DNA of 64,000 nucleotides, from the NCBI GenBank assembly GCA_965203515.1, contig OZ241907.1:4032001-4096000 (forward strand), in the 5' to 3' direction. Positions 1 through 9,497 of the stretch are shown in pieces; position 1 is the first letter of the stretch, and every line of letters starts with the position of its first letter. The notes beneath the pieces were generated by a model that was not told where the DNA came from, ran no database searches, and saw only the letters and a program-made list of their open reading frames with translations. The stretch is from Spirochaetia bacterium. Lineage in GTDB: Bacteria > Spirochaetota > Spirochaetia > SZUA-6 > Bin103. The position numbers were made by a program, and so were the translations under genes.

Positions 1-30
1 ATCGCCGCCTTCGAGGTGGCCCGCGCCTGA
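1..30 (+). CDS. 3' end (IAAFEVARA*) of an AAA-ATPase/PD-(D/E)XK gene or remnant running in from the left edge
   Basis: atcgccgccttcgaggtggcccgcgcctga matches the 3' ends of the full copies (e.g. 11010-11039). Confidence 0.8.
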   Translation: MAAFEVARA

Positions 31-73
31 CGCCCCGCCCCCGCGCCGACATGGTGGCTTCCGGGACGGCGGC

Positions 74-700
74 GTGGTGTTCTTCTATCAGGGTCCCACC
101 GGCTGGCGGCACTCCCCGCAGTTCGCCGACCTGCTCCTCGCCGCGACGCGGGACTGGCCATGGCTGCCCCGGTTCGAGCACCTGCTGTTCGATCAGACTC
201 AGATGTCGCCGGCGCAGGCGGCCGGCAGCGTCCGGGCGCGGTTGCTGCAACTGACGATGATGCACGCCTTCAACCGCGCGGTGCGGGAGGCGCGGCAGCG
301 GATGCGGCCGCTGCTGGACGACTTGGGGCGGGAAGGGAGCGGCGGTCAGGACGACATGGAGATGTTTATGGGGTATATCATGGAGACGGGACCTGAGGAC
401 ACGCCCGAGGCGATGGGCGAGCTACTGAGCCGCACGGCGGCGGGAGGCGAGTTGATGACGAGCGGCGAGCGGCTGCGTCAGGAAGGGCGCGACGAGATGC
501 GTGCGATTGCCGAACAGCGGCACCGCGAGGGCCGGCTCGAAGGCCAGCGCGAGGGCCGGTTGAAGACGATCGACGGTCTCCTGCGGACCGGCGTCGACTG
601 GTCGTTGATCGAGCGGGCGACCGGGATTGGCGAGCAGGAGTACCGCCAGCTCAGGAGCCAACCCGACGGCGCGGCGGCGGCAGGCGGCGACCGGACCTGA
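74..700 (+). pseudogene. 5'-truncated Rpn-family (Transposase_31/PDDEXK_2-like) recombination-promoting nuclease, C-terminal half
   Basis: VFFYQGxxxW motif, MTSGERLRQEG...EGRLEGQREG repeats and the GVDWSLIERATG tail typical of Rpn C-termini; catalytic N-terminus absent. Confidence 0.65.
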
Positions 701-714
701 CGACACCTTCCGTG

Positions 715-1083
715 GCGAAGGCCAGCTCTGGAGCGCGGAGTTCCCGGTCGGACCGACCGCGCAACGCTATCGGGAGGCGCTCGCCGCGATCCGCTCCGGC
801 GCCTGGGGGAGCGCCGGTCGCGCGCGCGGCGGAGGACCTGCGGGAGCGGTTCTTCCTGCATGTGATCCCGGCGGCCGCGGAGGACCCTGTCGCGCAGGAC
901 CGGCCGCACGGCTTCGAGAACGTCGGCTTCGACTTTCGGGAATACGGGGCGCTGCTCGGCGCGGCGTGCGTGGCGCTGGCACCGTTGCCGGAGTACGCCT
1001 GATCGCCGGCCTCCGCACCGGCCAGTTCATCAGCGGGCAGGGCCAGTTCTGGAGCGCGGAGATCGCGGCGCAGAGGGCCGTAA
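715..1083 (+). pseudogene. Remnant of the 3' end of a GT-C glycosyltransferase (shared C-terminal module) with deletion and frameshifts
   Basis: GQLWSAEF..GPTAQRYREA, EDLRERFFLHVIP..GFENVGFDFREYG..LAPLPEY and LRTGQFISGQ pieces match the GT-C C-termini. Confidence 0.8.
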
Positions 1084-1107
1084 GGAGTAAGGCCGGCGGA
1101 TGAGCGG

Positions 1108-1136
1108 ATGATAGCGGCGCGCCGTTCGGCTATCAT
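1108..1136. promoter_or_regulatory. Repeated palindromic junction/promoter element ATGATA-N17-TATCAT (copy 1 of 11)
   Basis: Other copies start at 3024, 9434, 11243, 14176, 16157 (degenerate), 18627, 23393, 45253, 49329 and 51904; consensus 10-bp arms ATGATAGCCG/CGGCTATCAT. Confidence 0.65.
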
Positions 1137-1172
1137 GGCCGGGACCGTGACCGCGCCGCATCGAGACGCGCC

Positions 1173-2720
1173 ATGACTCGCAGGAAGCTGCCGATCGGCA
1201 TCCAGACCTTCCGCAAGCTCCGCGAGGACGACTGCTACTACGTCGACAAGACCGCCTTCATCCTCCGCCTGACGCGGGAGGGGAAGCATTACTTCCTGTC
1301 CCGCCCGCGCCGCTTCGGCAAGAGCCTGCTGCTCGACACCATCAAGGAACTGTTCGAGGGCAGCGAGGCACTGTTCCGCGGCCTGCACGTGCACGACCAC
1401 TGGGAGTGGTCCAAGCGCCGCCCGGTGGTGCGCCTCGACTTCAGCGGCGGCGACTACTCGGAGCCGGACGGTCTGCAAGAAGACTTGGCCGATCAGTTGA
1501 CGGCGTTCGAGACGGCCGCCGGCGCGAGTGCGCGCAGCGCCTCCGCGCCGATCCGCTTCCGGCGCCTGCTGGAGGAGTTGCACCGGAGCGCCGGCCGGCG
1601 GGTGGCGGTGCTGATCGACGAGTACGACAAGCCGATCCTGGACGCGCTAGGGACGCCGGCGATCGCAGCCGCCAACCGCAGGATGCTGCGCAGCCTCTAC
1701 TCGAACGTGAAGTTCGCCGACGCCCACATCCACTTCACGCTGCTGACCGGGGTGAGCAAGTTCTCCAAGGTCAGCGTCTTCTCCGGTCTCAACAACCTCA
1801 AGGATATCACGCTGTCGCCACGCTACTCGGCGATCTGCGGCTATACCGAGGCCGACCTCGACACGGTGTTCGCGGCGGAGCTGCCGGGCCTGGACCGGGA
1901 GGAGATCCGCGACTGGTACAACGGCTATAACTGGCTGGGCGAGGAGCGGGTCTACAACCCGTTCGACATCCTGCTGCTGTTCGACGAGCGGACGTTCGCG
2001 GCGCACTGGTTCGAGACCGGTACGCCGTCGTTTCTGATCGACATCCTGATCAAGCGCGGCGTCGCCTCGCCGGAGCTGGACGGGATGCTGGCCGGCGCCG
2101 AGCTACTGTCCGCGTTCGACGTGGAGGAGATGGAGCCGGCGGCGCTGCTGTTCCAGACCGGCTACCTGACCATCCGCAGCGTCGAGCGCTCGGCCCGGGG
2201 ACCGCGCTACCGGCTCGGCTATCCCAACCGCGAGGTGCGGCTCGCTCTGAACGAACGCCTGCTGCGGGCGCTGGCGCCCGCCGCGGCGCGCCGGCTGGCG
2301 CAGGACACGGCGTTGGAGCGGCTGCTGGCGGCGAACGACTTCGCCGGGTTGGAGCGGCTGTTGCGGGCGTTCTTCGCCGGCATCCCGTATGAGTGGCACA
2401 CGCGCAACGACATCGCGCGCTACGAGGGCTACTACGCGAGCGTCTGCTACTCCTGGTTCGCGGCCGTGGGGCTGGACGTCACGGTGGAAGATTCGAGCAG
2501 CCGCGGGCGGGTCGACCTGGCGGTCCGGTACCGGGGCAACGTCTATCTGTTCGAGTTCAAGGTGGTGGAGATGGAGCCCGAAGGCGCGGCGCTGGCGCAG
2601 TTGCAGGCGCGCGGCTACGCCGACAAGTACCGCGCTTCCGGGGAGCCGATCCACCTGATCGGCGTGGAGTTCAGCCGCGAGGCGCGCACCATCGCCGCCT
2701 TCGAGGTAGCCCGCGCCTGA
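1173..2720 (+). CDS. AAA-ATPase-like domain + C-terminal PD-(D/E)XK nuclease protein (copy 1)
   Basis: KLPIGIQTF..YYVDKT, Walker A SRPRRFGKS, Walker B LIDEYDKP, TGVSKFSK, GYPNREV, EGYYAS, GRVDL..FEFK. Confidence 0.9.
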   Translation: MTRRKLPIGIQTFRKLREDDCYYVDKTAFILRLTREGKHYFLSRPRRFGKSLLLDTIKELFEGSEALFRGLHVHDHWEWSKRRPVVRLDFSGGDYSEPDGLQEDLADQLTAFETAAGASARSASAPIRFRRLLEELHRSAGRRVAVLIDEYDKPILDALGTPAIAAANRRMLRSLYSNVKFADAHIHFTLLTGVSKFSKVSVFSGLNNLKDITLSPRYSAICGYTEADLDTVFAAELPGLDREEIRDWYNGYNWLGEERVYNPFDILLLFDERTFAAHWFETGTPSFLIDILIKRGVASPELDGMLAGAELLSAFDVEEMEPAALLFQTGYLTIRSVERSARGPRYRLGYPNREVRLALNERLLRALAPAAARRLAQDTALERLLAANDFAGLERLLRAFFAGIPYEWHTRNDIARYEGYYASVCYSWFAAVGLDVTVEDSSSRGRVDLAVRYRGNVYLFEFKVVEMEPEGAALAQLQARGYADKYRASGEPIHLIGVEFSREARTIAAFEVARA

Positions 2721-2759
2721 CGCCCCGCTCCGGCGCCGGCGTGGTCGAAGCAGGGGACC

Positions 2760-3000
2760 TGCTTCAACAGCAAGGACATTCCCTTCCTGGCCATGTTTCA
2801 TGATCGCTCTACCTGCCCGACTACGAGTTCACGCGCATCCGTACCGGGCAATTCGTTCGGGAGGGCGCGGGCGGCTGCTCTGGAGCGTGGAGTTCGCGGC
2901 CGGACCGACTGCGCAGGCCTCCGTACCGGTCAGTTCATCAGCGGGCAGGGCCAGCTCTGAGCGCGGAGATTGCGGCGCCGGCCGCGGCAGGGGCCGTAAG
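2760..3000 (+). pseudogene. Collapsed GT-C gene: three short retained pieces of a ~2.3-kb gene
   Basis: FNxKDIPFLAM.., LPDYEFTRIRTGQF..LWSVEFAAGPTAQ and LRTGQFISGQGQL segments abut directly. Confidence 0.8.
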
Positions 3001-3087
3001 GAGTAAGGCCGGCGGATGAGCGGATGATGGCCGCGCGCCGTTCGGCTATCATGGCCGGACCGTGACCGCGCCGCATCGAGACGCGCC

Positions 3088-4626
3088 ATGACGCGCAGGA
3101 AGCTGCCGATCGGCATCCAGACCTTCCGCAGGCTCCGCGAGGACGACTGCTACTACGTCGACAAGACCGCCTTCATCCTGCGTCTGACGCGGGAGGGCAC
3201 GCATTACTTCCTGTCGCGCCCGCGCCGCTTCGGCAAGAGCCTGCTGATCGACACCATCAAGGAACTGTTCGAGGGCAGCGAGGAACTGTTCCGCGGTCTG
3301 TACGTGCACGACCATTGGGAGTGGTCCAAGCGCCGCCCGGTGGTGCGCCTCGACTTCGGCGCCGGCGACTACCGCGACCCGGCCCTGCTGGAAGCCAGCG
3401 TCATGGAGCAGCTCGCCGCCATCGAGCGGCGCGCCGGAATCACCGCCGAATACCGTACCGCGCCGGGCCGGCTGGCCTACCTGCTGGAAGCGCTGCACGA
3501 GCGATCCGGGCAGCGGGTGGCGTTCCTGGTCGACGAGTACGACAAGCCGATCCTGGACGTGCTGGAACACAAGGAGGCGGCGCGCGCCAACCGCCACTAC
3601 CTGCGCGGGCTGTACGCGACCATCAAGACCTGCGACGCGTACATCGAGTTCACGCTGCTGACCGGGGTGAGCAAGTTCTCCAAGGTCAGCGTCTTCTCCG
3701 GCCTCAACAACCTCAAGGACATCACGCTGTCGCCGCGCTACTCGGCGATCTGCGGCTACACCGAGGCCGACCTGGACACGGTGTTCGCGCCGGAGTTGGC
3801 CGGGCTGGACCGCAACCGTATCCGCGATTGGTACAACGGCTATAACTGGCTGGGCGAGGAGCGGGTCTACAACCCGTTCGACATTCTGCTGCTGTTCGAC
3901 GAGCGGACGTTCGCGGCGCACTGGTTCGAGACCGGGACGCCGGCGTTTCTGATCGACACGCTGATCGAACGCGGGGTCGAGGCCCCGGCGCTGGACGGCA
4001 TGCTGGCCGGCGGCGACCTGCTGTCCGCGTTCGACGTGGACGAGATGGAGCCGGCGGCGCTGCTGTTCCAGACCGGCTACCTGACGATCCGGGCCGTCGA
4101 AGATGACGACGGCGAGCCGCTCTACCGGCTCGGCTATCCCAACCGCGAGGTGCGGCAGAGCCTGAACCGCCACCTGCTGCGCGCGCTCGGCGCGGCGGGT
4201 CAGGCGGCGGACCGCGGCCGCCTGCGGCGGCTGCTGGCGGCGCGCGACTTCGCGGGGTTGGAGGCGCTGTTCCGGGCGTTCTTCGCCGGCATCCCGTACG
4301 AGTGGCACACGCGCAACGACATCGCGCGCTACGAGGGCTACTACGCGACCGTGTTCTACGCCTGGTTCGCGGCGGCGGGACTGGAGCCGGCGGCCGAAGA
4401 GTCGAGCAGCCGCGGGCGGGTCGACCTGGCGGTCCGGTACCGGGGCGCCGTCTATCTGTTCGAATTCAAGGTGATGGAGCTGGCCGAGGGCGCGGCGCTG
4501 GCGCAGTTGCAGGCGCGCGGCTACGCCGACAAGTACCGAGCTTCCGGGGAGCCGATCCACCTGATCGGCGTGGAGTTCAGCCGCGAGGCGCGCAACATCG
4601 CCGCCTTCGAGGTGGCCCGCGCCTGA
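3088..4626 (+). CDS. AAA-ATPase-like + PD-(D/E)XK nuclease protein (copy 2)
   Basis: Same motifs as copy 1 with alternative internal blocks. Confidence 0.9.
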   Translation: MTRRKLPIGIQTFRRLREDDCYYVDKTAFILRLTREGTHYFLSRPRRFGKSLLIDTIKELFEGSEELFRGLYVHDHWEWSKRRPVVRLDFGAGDYRDPALLEASVMEQLAAIERRAGITAEYRTAPGRLAYLLEALHERSGQRVAFLVDEYDKPILDVLEHKEAARANRHYLRGLYATIKTCDAYIEFTLLTGVSKFSKVSVFSGLNNLKDITLSPRYSAICGYTEADLDTVFAPELAGLDRNRIRDWYNGYNWLGEERVYNPFDILLLFDERTFAAHWFETGTPAFLIDTLIERGVEAPALDGMLAGGDLLSAFDVDEMEPAALLFQTGYLTIRAVEDDDGEPLYRLGYPNREVRQSLNRHLLRALGAAGQAADRGRLRRLLAARDFAGLEALFRAFFAGIPYEWHTRNDIARYEGYYATVFYAWFAAAGLEPAAEESSSRGRVDLAVRYRGAVYLFEFKVMELAEGAALAQLQARGYADKYRASGEPIHLIGVEFSREARNIAAFEVARA

Positions 4627-4738
4627 CGCCCCGCCCCAGCGCCGGCGTGCCGTTCGACGGCGCCTGCGCGGCGGTCGCGCAGGCCAGCTCCGGAGCGTGG
4701 AGTTCCGGGGCCGCCGAGTAGCCCGCGGCGGCAGCCCG

Positions 4739-4768
4739 TTGTCCGGCGCGCAACCGCGCGCGTAGAAT
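4739..4768 (+). promoter_or_regulatory. Candidate sigma70 promoter TTGTCC-N18-TAGAAT
   Basis: -10 box TAGAAT at 4763-4768, 10 nt before ATG 4779. Confidence 0.45.
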
Positions 4769-4778
4769 CGGGCAAACG

Positions 4779-6731
4779 ATGAAATCGATCTTGACGGCGT
4801 TCGGCGTGACGCGGAAGGCGGTCGACACGCCAGGCAGTTCCAACCGCCGACCGCCGTATGATCGGCCAAGCTTGGCGCTGGCGGCTGCTGCGCTGACCGT
4901 GTTCGGCGCGGCGCCGGCGTCCGCGGACGCGCCCGCCGTCCTGCGGCACGACGCCTCGGTCAGCGAGCGCAACGCGCTGATCGTCGAGGTGCGGGTGGCG
5001 CTGGCGCGCGCCGCGCGGGTGTTCGTCGAGTACGACAACCCGCAGGCCGGGCGGTACCGCACGCCGCTGAGCGAGCCGGGCGCGGCGCACGCCATCCCGC
5101 TCGTCCGGCTGCGCCCGGAGACGACCTACGACTACACCATCTTCGTGGTGGAAGGCTCCGTGGCCGACGGCGCCGCGATGGACGGAGCGAATGCGGCCGC
5201 CGGGCCGGACGGCCGGTTCACCACCGGACCGCTGCCGCTGCCCCTCGCCGCCATTCCGTTGCAGGTGCGCGGCAGGAGCTCGCAGCCGCTCATCCTGTCC
5301 GATTACCCGCGCGGGTACTACGTCTTCTGGGACGAGGTGGGTGGAATAGTCTGGTACCATGAACATGAAGGGGGGTTCGGCGGCCCCATCGCGCAGCTTC
5401 CCGACGGCAACTTGCTCTTCGTATATCACAGCATGGTCGAGATCACCCCATTGGGAGCAATGGTCAACCGGTTCGAGCGGGACGGCCCCGCGGGGCATCC
5501 CCACCATGAGCTCACCGTGCTCGCCGATGGCCGGGTGATCTACCTGACCCGGAAGTCCGTCGTCTTCGACGACTCGGCGAACGGCGGGCCGGCGGAAGCT
5601 GTGTTCGGGGTCGACAATCTGCGCGTCTATGACCGGGAGAACGGACACTTCGAGCAGGTCTGGGACTCGAAGGACGCCTGGGACCTGCTGGACCCGGCAC
5701 TGCGCGATACGAGAACGAGAGCAACGACCGCCACGTTCCAGTGGACGGGCCTCAACTCGGTGAGCGTCGGTCCGCGCGGCAACGTCATCCTGTCGTCCCG
5801 CGTGCGCAATCAGGTGGTCTCGCTCAGCGCCGACTTGCGGGCGATCGAGTGGCAACTGCACGGGCCGGACAGCGATTACCGGTTCCCGGACCCGAACGAC
5901 CGGTTCTACGGGCAGCACACGGCGGCGCAGCTCGGCAACGGCAACGTTCTGCTGTTCGACAACGGCTGGGGGCGGCCCGATTCGGAGGGCGGCGCCTACT
6001 CGCGCGCGCTGGAGCTGCGGCTGGACGAGGCGGCCGGCACTGCGGTGAAAGTGTGGGAATACCGGCCGACGCCGGACATCTACACGAGGGGCAAGGGCAG
6101 CGCGTACCGGCTGCGCAGCGGCAATACCCTGATCAGCTTCCATGACACGATCGTGGAGGTGGACGCCGCCGGCAACGAAGTGTTCCGGGGCGATAACCTG
6201 CCATTGCATGCGGATCGGCCCTTGCCGACGCGCTATCGAGCCTACGGCGGCATCGGGGCGATCATGGGCGAAACCATGCTGCGGCCGCCGGCGGCGGCGC
6301 CCGCGCACGCGCGCGTCGCGACGTTCGAGAAGGACTACTACCTGGCCAAGGAACGGGCGCGGTTCGAGGAGCTGGCGGCGGGCCTGGACGGCCGGCAGCT
6401 CGCCGCCGGCGGGGCGTTCGACGTGTATCGGGCAGGGGACCGGCTGGTATACGTGAAGGAGCCCTGCGCGCCGCGGGATGTCCGGGCGCGCTTCTTTCTG
6501 CACGTCGTTCCGATCGCCGTAGACGATCTGCCCTCCGGCAGCCGCGAGCAGGGATTCGACAATCTCGACTTTCATTTCGATGAACGGCCGCGCGGAGTGA
6601 TCTGGGACGGCGCCTGCCTGGTGGCCGCGACCCTCCCGGAGTATGAGATATCCCACGTCCGGACCGGCCAGTTCAGCGCCGGCGGGAGGCGGCTCTGGAG
6701 CGCGGAGATTGCGGTGCCGGCCGGCGAGTAG
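4779..6731 (+). CDS. Exported arylsulfotransferase (ASST)-like beta-propeller protein with shared C-terminal module (copy 1)
   Basis: Signal-like N-terminus, Ig-like N-domain (IPLVRLRPETTY), PHHE, NS...SSR, FYGQHTA, LLFDNG, YSRALE, SAYRL.NGNTLI, YRAY; the HxN motif reads GLNS here. Confidence 0.8.
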   Translation: MKSILTAFGVTRKAVDTPGSSNRRPPYDRPSLALAAAALTVFGAAPASADAPAVLRHDASVSERNALIVEVRVALARAARVFVEYDNPQAGRYRTPLSEPGAAHAIPLVRLRPETTYDYTIFVVEGSVADGAAMDGANAAAGPDGRFTTGPLPLPLAAIPLQVRGRSSQPLILSDYPRGYYVFWDEVGGIVWYHEHEGGFGGPIAQLPDGNLLFVYHSMVEITPLGAMVNRFERDGPAGHPHHELTVLADGRVIYLTRKSVVFDDSANGGPAEAVFGVDNLRVYDRENGHFEQVWDSKDAWDLLDPALRDTRTRATTATFQWTGLNSVSVGPRGNVILSSRVRNQVVSLSADLRAIEWQLHGPDSDYRFPDPNDRFYGQHTAAQLGNGNVLLFDNGWGRPDSEGGAYSRALELRLDEAAGTAVKVWEYRPTPDIYTRGKGSAYRLRSGNTLISFHDTIVEVDAAGNEVFRGDNLPLHADRPLPTRYRAYGGIGAIMGETMLRPPAAAPAHARVATFEKDYYLAKERARFEELAAGLDGRQLAAGGAFDVYRAGDRLVYVKEPCAPRDVRARFFLHVVPIAVDDLPSGSREQGFDNLDFHFDERPRGVIWDGACLVAATLPEYEISHVRTGQFSAGGRRLWSAEIAVPAGE

Positions 6732-6792
6732 CCGAACGAGCGGCCAGTCCCACCGGGTGACGGCAAAGTAGAGCAGTTCAAGGCAACCGCCG

Positions 6793-9429
6793 GTGTTCGA
6801 GGAAGAGGTTACGTGCGGCAAGGCAAGCAGCAAAATGCAGCAGCAAAAGCAAATGAAAATGCCGGGTAGGTTGACACCTTATGGCAATACGAGGCATCCT
6901 GTCGCCGAACCGCCGAACCGCCGAACCGCCGAACCGCCGAACCGCCGAACCGCCGAACCGCCGAACCGCCGAACCGCCGAACCGCCGAACCGCCGAACCG
7001 CCGAACCGCCGAACCGCCGAACCGCCGAACCGCCGAACCGCCGAACCGCCGAACCGCCGAACACGCCGTGGCGTGACGCGCTCATCGCGCTGGCGGTGTT
7101 CGCGGCGCTGGGCGCCGCCGTGCTCGACGACTACGGCATATCGTGGGATGAGCACCACCAGCGCCGCATCGGCCAGACGCGGATCGCCTACGCGCTGGGC
7201 GACGCCGGCGCCCTGCCGACCGACCACAACCGGTACTACGGAGTCGCGTTCGAGGCGCCGCTGATCCTGGTCGAACGGCTGCTCGGCCTCACCGACAGCC
7301 GCGCCGTCTACCTCAGCCGCCACCTGCTGACCCACCTGTTCTTCCTCACCGGCGGCTTCTTCTGCTGGCTGCTGACCTTCCGCCTGTTCCGCGACCGCCG
7401 GCTGGCGCTGTTCGCCCTGCTGCTGTTCCTGCTGCAGCCCCGCCTGTACGCCCACTCCTTCTTCAACACCAAGGACATTCCCTTCCTGGTCATGTTCATG
7501 ATCGCCCTCTATCTGGTGCAGCGCGCCTTCCGCCGCGACACCGCCGGCGCGTTCGCGCTCTGCGGGGTGGGCGTGGGCGTGCTGGTCAACCTGCGCGTCA
7601 TGGGCCTGCTGCTGTGCGCGGCGGTGCCGGCGCTGCGGGCACTCGACCTGCTGCAGGCGCATGGGCCGGCGGAGCGGCGGCGCGCGCTGGCGACCGCCGG
7701 CGCGTTCCTGCTGGCTGCGGCCGCGGCCCTGTACGCGGTCTCGCCCCATCTCTGGCGCAACCCGCTGGAGCTGATCGACGCCGTCGTCACCTTCGCGCGC
7801 CATCCCTCCCCTATTCCAACCCTGTTTCAAGGCGAAATGGTGCGCTGGCCTGAGATTCCGCCGCACTACCTGCCGACCTGGATGGCGATCACCACGCCGC
7901 CGGCGGCGCTGCTGCTGAGCCTGGCCGGAATCGTCGCCGTGTTCGCGCGCAGCCTGACGCGCCCGCGCGAGGTCCTCCGCAACACCCCCGTCACGCGCTT
8001 CGGGGCGCTGCTGGTCGCCTGCCTGGCGCTGCCGGCCGCGGCCGTCATCGCGGTCGACGCCAATCTCTACAACGGTTGGCGGCAGATGTACTTCCTGGCC
8101 GCCCCGCTGGCCCTGCTGGCGATCTACGGCCTGCGCCGGCTGCTGGCCGCCGCGGGCCGGCGGCCGTGGCTGCGGCGCGGCGTCTACGCGCTGGCCGCGG
8201 CGGGCTTGGCCGCGGCCGCGGTCGAGATGGCGCTGATCCACCCCCATCAGATGGTCTACTTCAACTTCCTGGTCGACCGCCGCACCCCCGAATACCTGCG
8301 TACCCGCTACGAGATGGAGTACTGGGGGCCGGCCTACCGCGAAGGGCTGGAGCATCTGCTCCGCCGCCACCCGCAGGAAACCATCCACGTCGTTGCGGCG
8401 AAGAACTGGCGACACGCGCTCGTCAGCGCCAATCTGCGCATACTCCCTGCAACCGAACGCCGCAGAGTCGTCATCACCGACCGCGCGCATGACGCCGCGG
8501 CGAACCATCACTACGCCATCACCAATCATACTCGCGCCAATCACCGCCGCAGCTTCCCGTTCTCGCCCGCGGTCTATGCGCGCCGCATCTACCACAACAC
8601 CATCCTCACGGTGGCCGCCCTCGACCCGGCGCAGATCGACGCTGCGACCGTCGCAGACTTCCGGGAAGCGTACCGCGCCGCACGCTCGCGGGAGCCGGTC
8701 GCCCGCTCGGACTACGACCTGTATCTCGACGGCGCCACGCTGACCTACGTCAAGGACAACTGCCCGGTGAAAGACCTGGATGAGAAGAAGTTCTTCCTGC
8801 ACCTCTTCCCCGCGGACGCCGCCGACCTGCCCGCCCACCAGCGGGAGCTGGGGTTCGACAACCGGGACTTCTATCTCTGGGAGGGCGGCGCGCGGATCGA
8901 CGGCGCCTGCGTGGCGGTCGTGACACTGCCCGATTACGAGTTCACGCGCATCCGTACCGGGCAATTCGAAACCCGCGGCTGGCCCCAGCTCTGGAGCGTC
9001 GAGTTCGCGGCCGGACCGGCCGCGCAGCGCTATTGGGAGGCGCGCGCCGCGATCCGCTCCGGCGCCTGGGGAGCGCCGGCCGCGCGCGGAGCTTTCGACC
9101 TCTATCTGAACGGAACGGTGCTGGCATATCACAAGGAGCCGTGCGCGGCGGAGGAGCTGCGGGCGCGGTTCTTCCTGCACGTGATTCCCGCGGACGCGGG
9201 CGACCTGTCTCCGCAAGACCGGCGGCACGGCTTCGAGAACCGGGACTTCGACTACCACGAACACGGGGCGCGGTTCGGCGCGGCGTGCGTGGCGCTGGCG
9301 CCGTTGCCGGAGTACGCGATCGCCGGCCTCCGCACCGGCCAGTTCATCAGCGGGCAGGGCCGGCTCTGGAGCGCGGAGATTGCGGCGCCGGCCGCGGCGC
9401 AGGGCCGTGAGGCCGACTCCGGCGAATGA
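6793..9429 (+). CDS. GT-C-fold (ArnT/PMT_2-like) membrane glycosyltransferase with two tandem C-terminal modules (copy 1; true start uncertain)
   Basis: TM1 followed by DDYGISWDE, RYYG, PRLYAHSFFNTKDIPF, many TM helices, PPHYLP, LYNGWRQ, HPHQ.VYFN. Confidence 0.8.
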   Translation: MFEEEVTCGKASSKMQQQKQMKMPGRLTPYGNTRHPVAEPPNRRTAEPPNRRTAEPPNRRTAEPPNRRTAEPPNRRTAEPPNRRTAEPPNTPWRDALIALAVFAALGAAVLDDYGISWDEHHQRRIGQTRIAYALGDAGALPTDHNRYYGVAFEAPLILVERLLGLTDSRAVYLSRHLLTHLFFLTGGFFCWLLTFRLFRDRRLALFALLLFLLQPRLYAHSFFNTKDIPFLVMFMIALYLVQRAFRRDTAGAFALCGVGVGVLVNLRVMGLLLCAAVPALRALDLLQAHGPAERRRALATAGAFLLAAAAALYAVSPHLWRNPLELIDAVVTFARHPSPIPTLFQGEMVRWPEIPPHYLPTWMAITTPPAALLLSLAGIVAVFARSLTRPREVLRNTPVTRFGALLVACLALPAAAVIAVDANLYNGWRQMYFLAAPLALLAIYGLRRLLAAAGRRPWLRRGVYALAAAGLAAAAVEMALIHPHQMVYFNFLVDRRTPEYLRTRYEMEYWGPAYREGLEHLLRRHPQETIHVVAAKNWRHALVSANLRILPATERRRVVITDRAHDAAANHHYAITNHTRANHRRSFPFSPAVYARRIYHNTILTVAALDPAQIDAATVADFREAYRAARSREPVARSDYDLYLDGATLTYVKDNCPVKDLDEKKFFLHLFPADAADLPAHQRELGFDNRDFYLWEGGARIDGACVAVVTLPDYEFTRIRTGQFETRGWPQLWSVEFAAGPAAQRYWEARAAIRSGAWGAPAARGAFDLYLNGTVLAYHKEPCAAEELRARFFLHVIPADAGDLSPQDRRHGFENRDFDYHEHGARFGAACVALAPLPEYAIAGLRTGQFISGQGRLWSAEIAAPAAAQGREADSGE
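6871..6900 (+). promoter_or_regulatory. Candidate sigma70 promoter TTGACA-N18-CATCCT with A-rich upstream tract
   Basis: Perfect -35; same spacing conserved in the paralogous copy at 11709-11738. Confidence 0.55.
6903..7062 (+). repeat. Perfect tandem repeat (CGCCGAAC)x20
   Basis: 160 bp counted directly; reads AEPPNRRT in frame. Confidence 0.95.
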
Positions 9430-9497
9430 GCGGATGATAGCCGCGCGGGGTTCGGCTATCATGGCCGGACCGTGACTGCGCCGCACCGAGACGCGCC

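Noticed and set aside
1173..2750. AAA units as classical IS elements
   Set aside because: No DDE, HUH or serine transposase motifs, terminal inverted repeats or target-site duplications identified
6903..7062. CRISPR array
   Set aside because: Pure 8-bp tandem repeat with no spacers and no cas genes in the window
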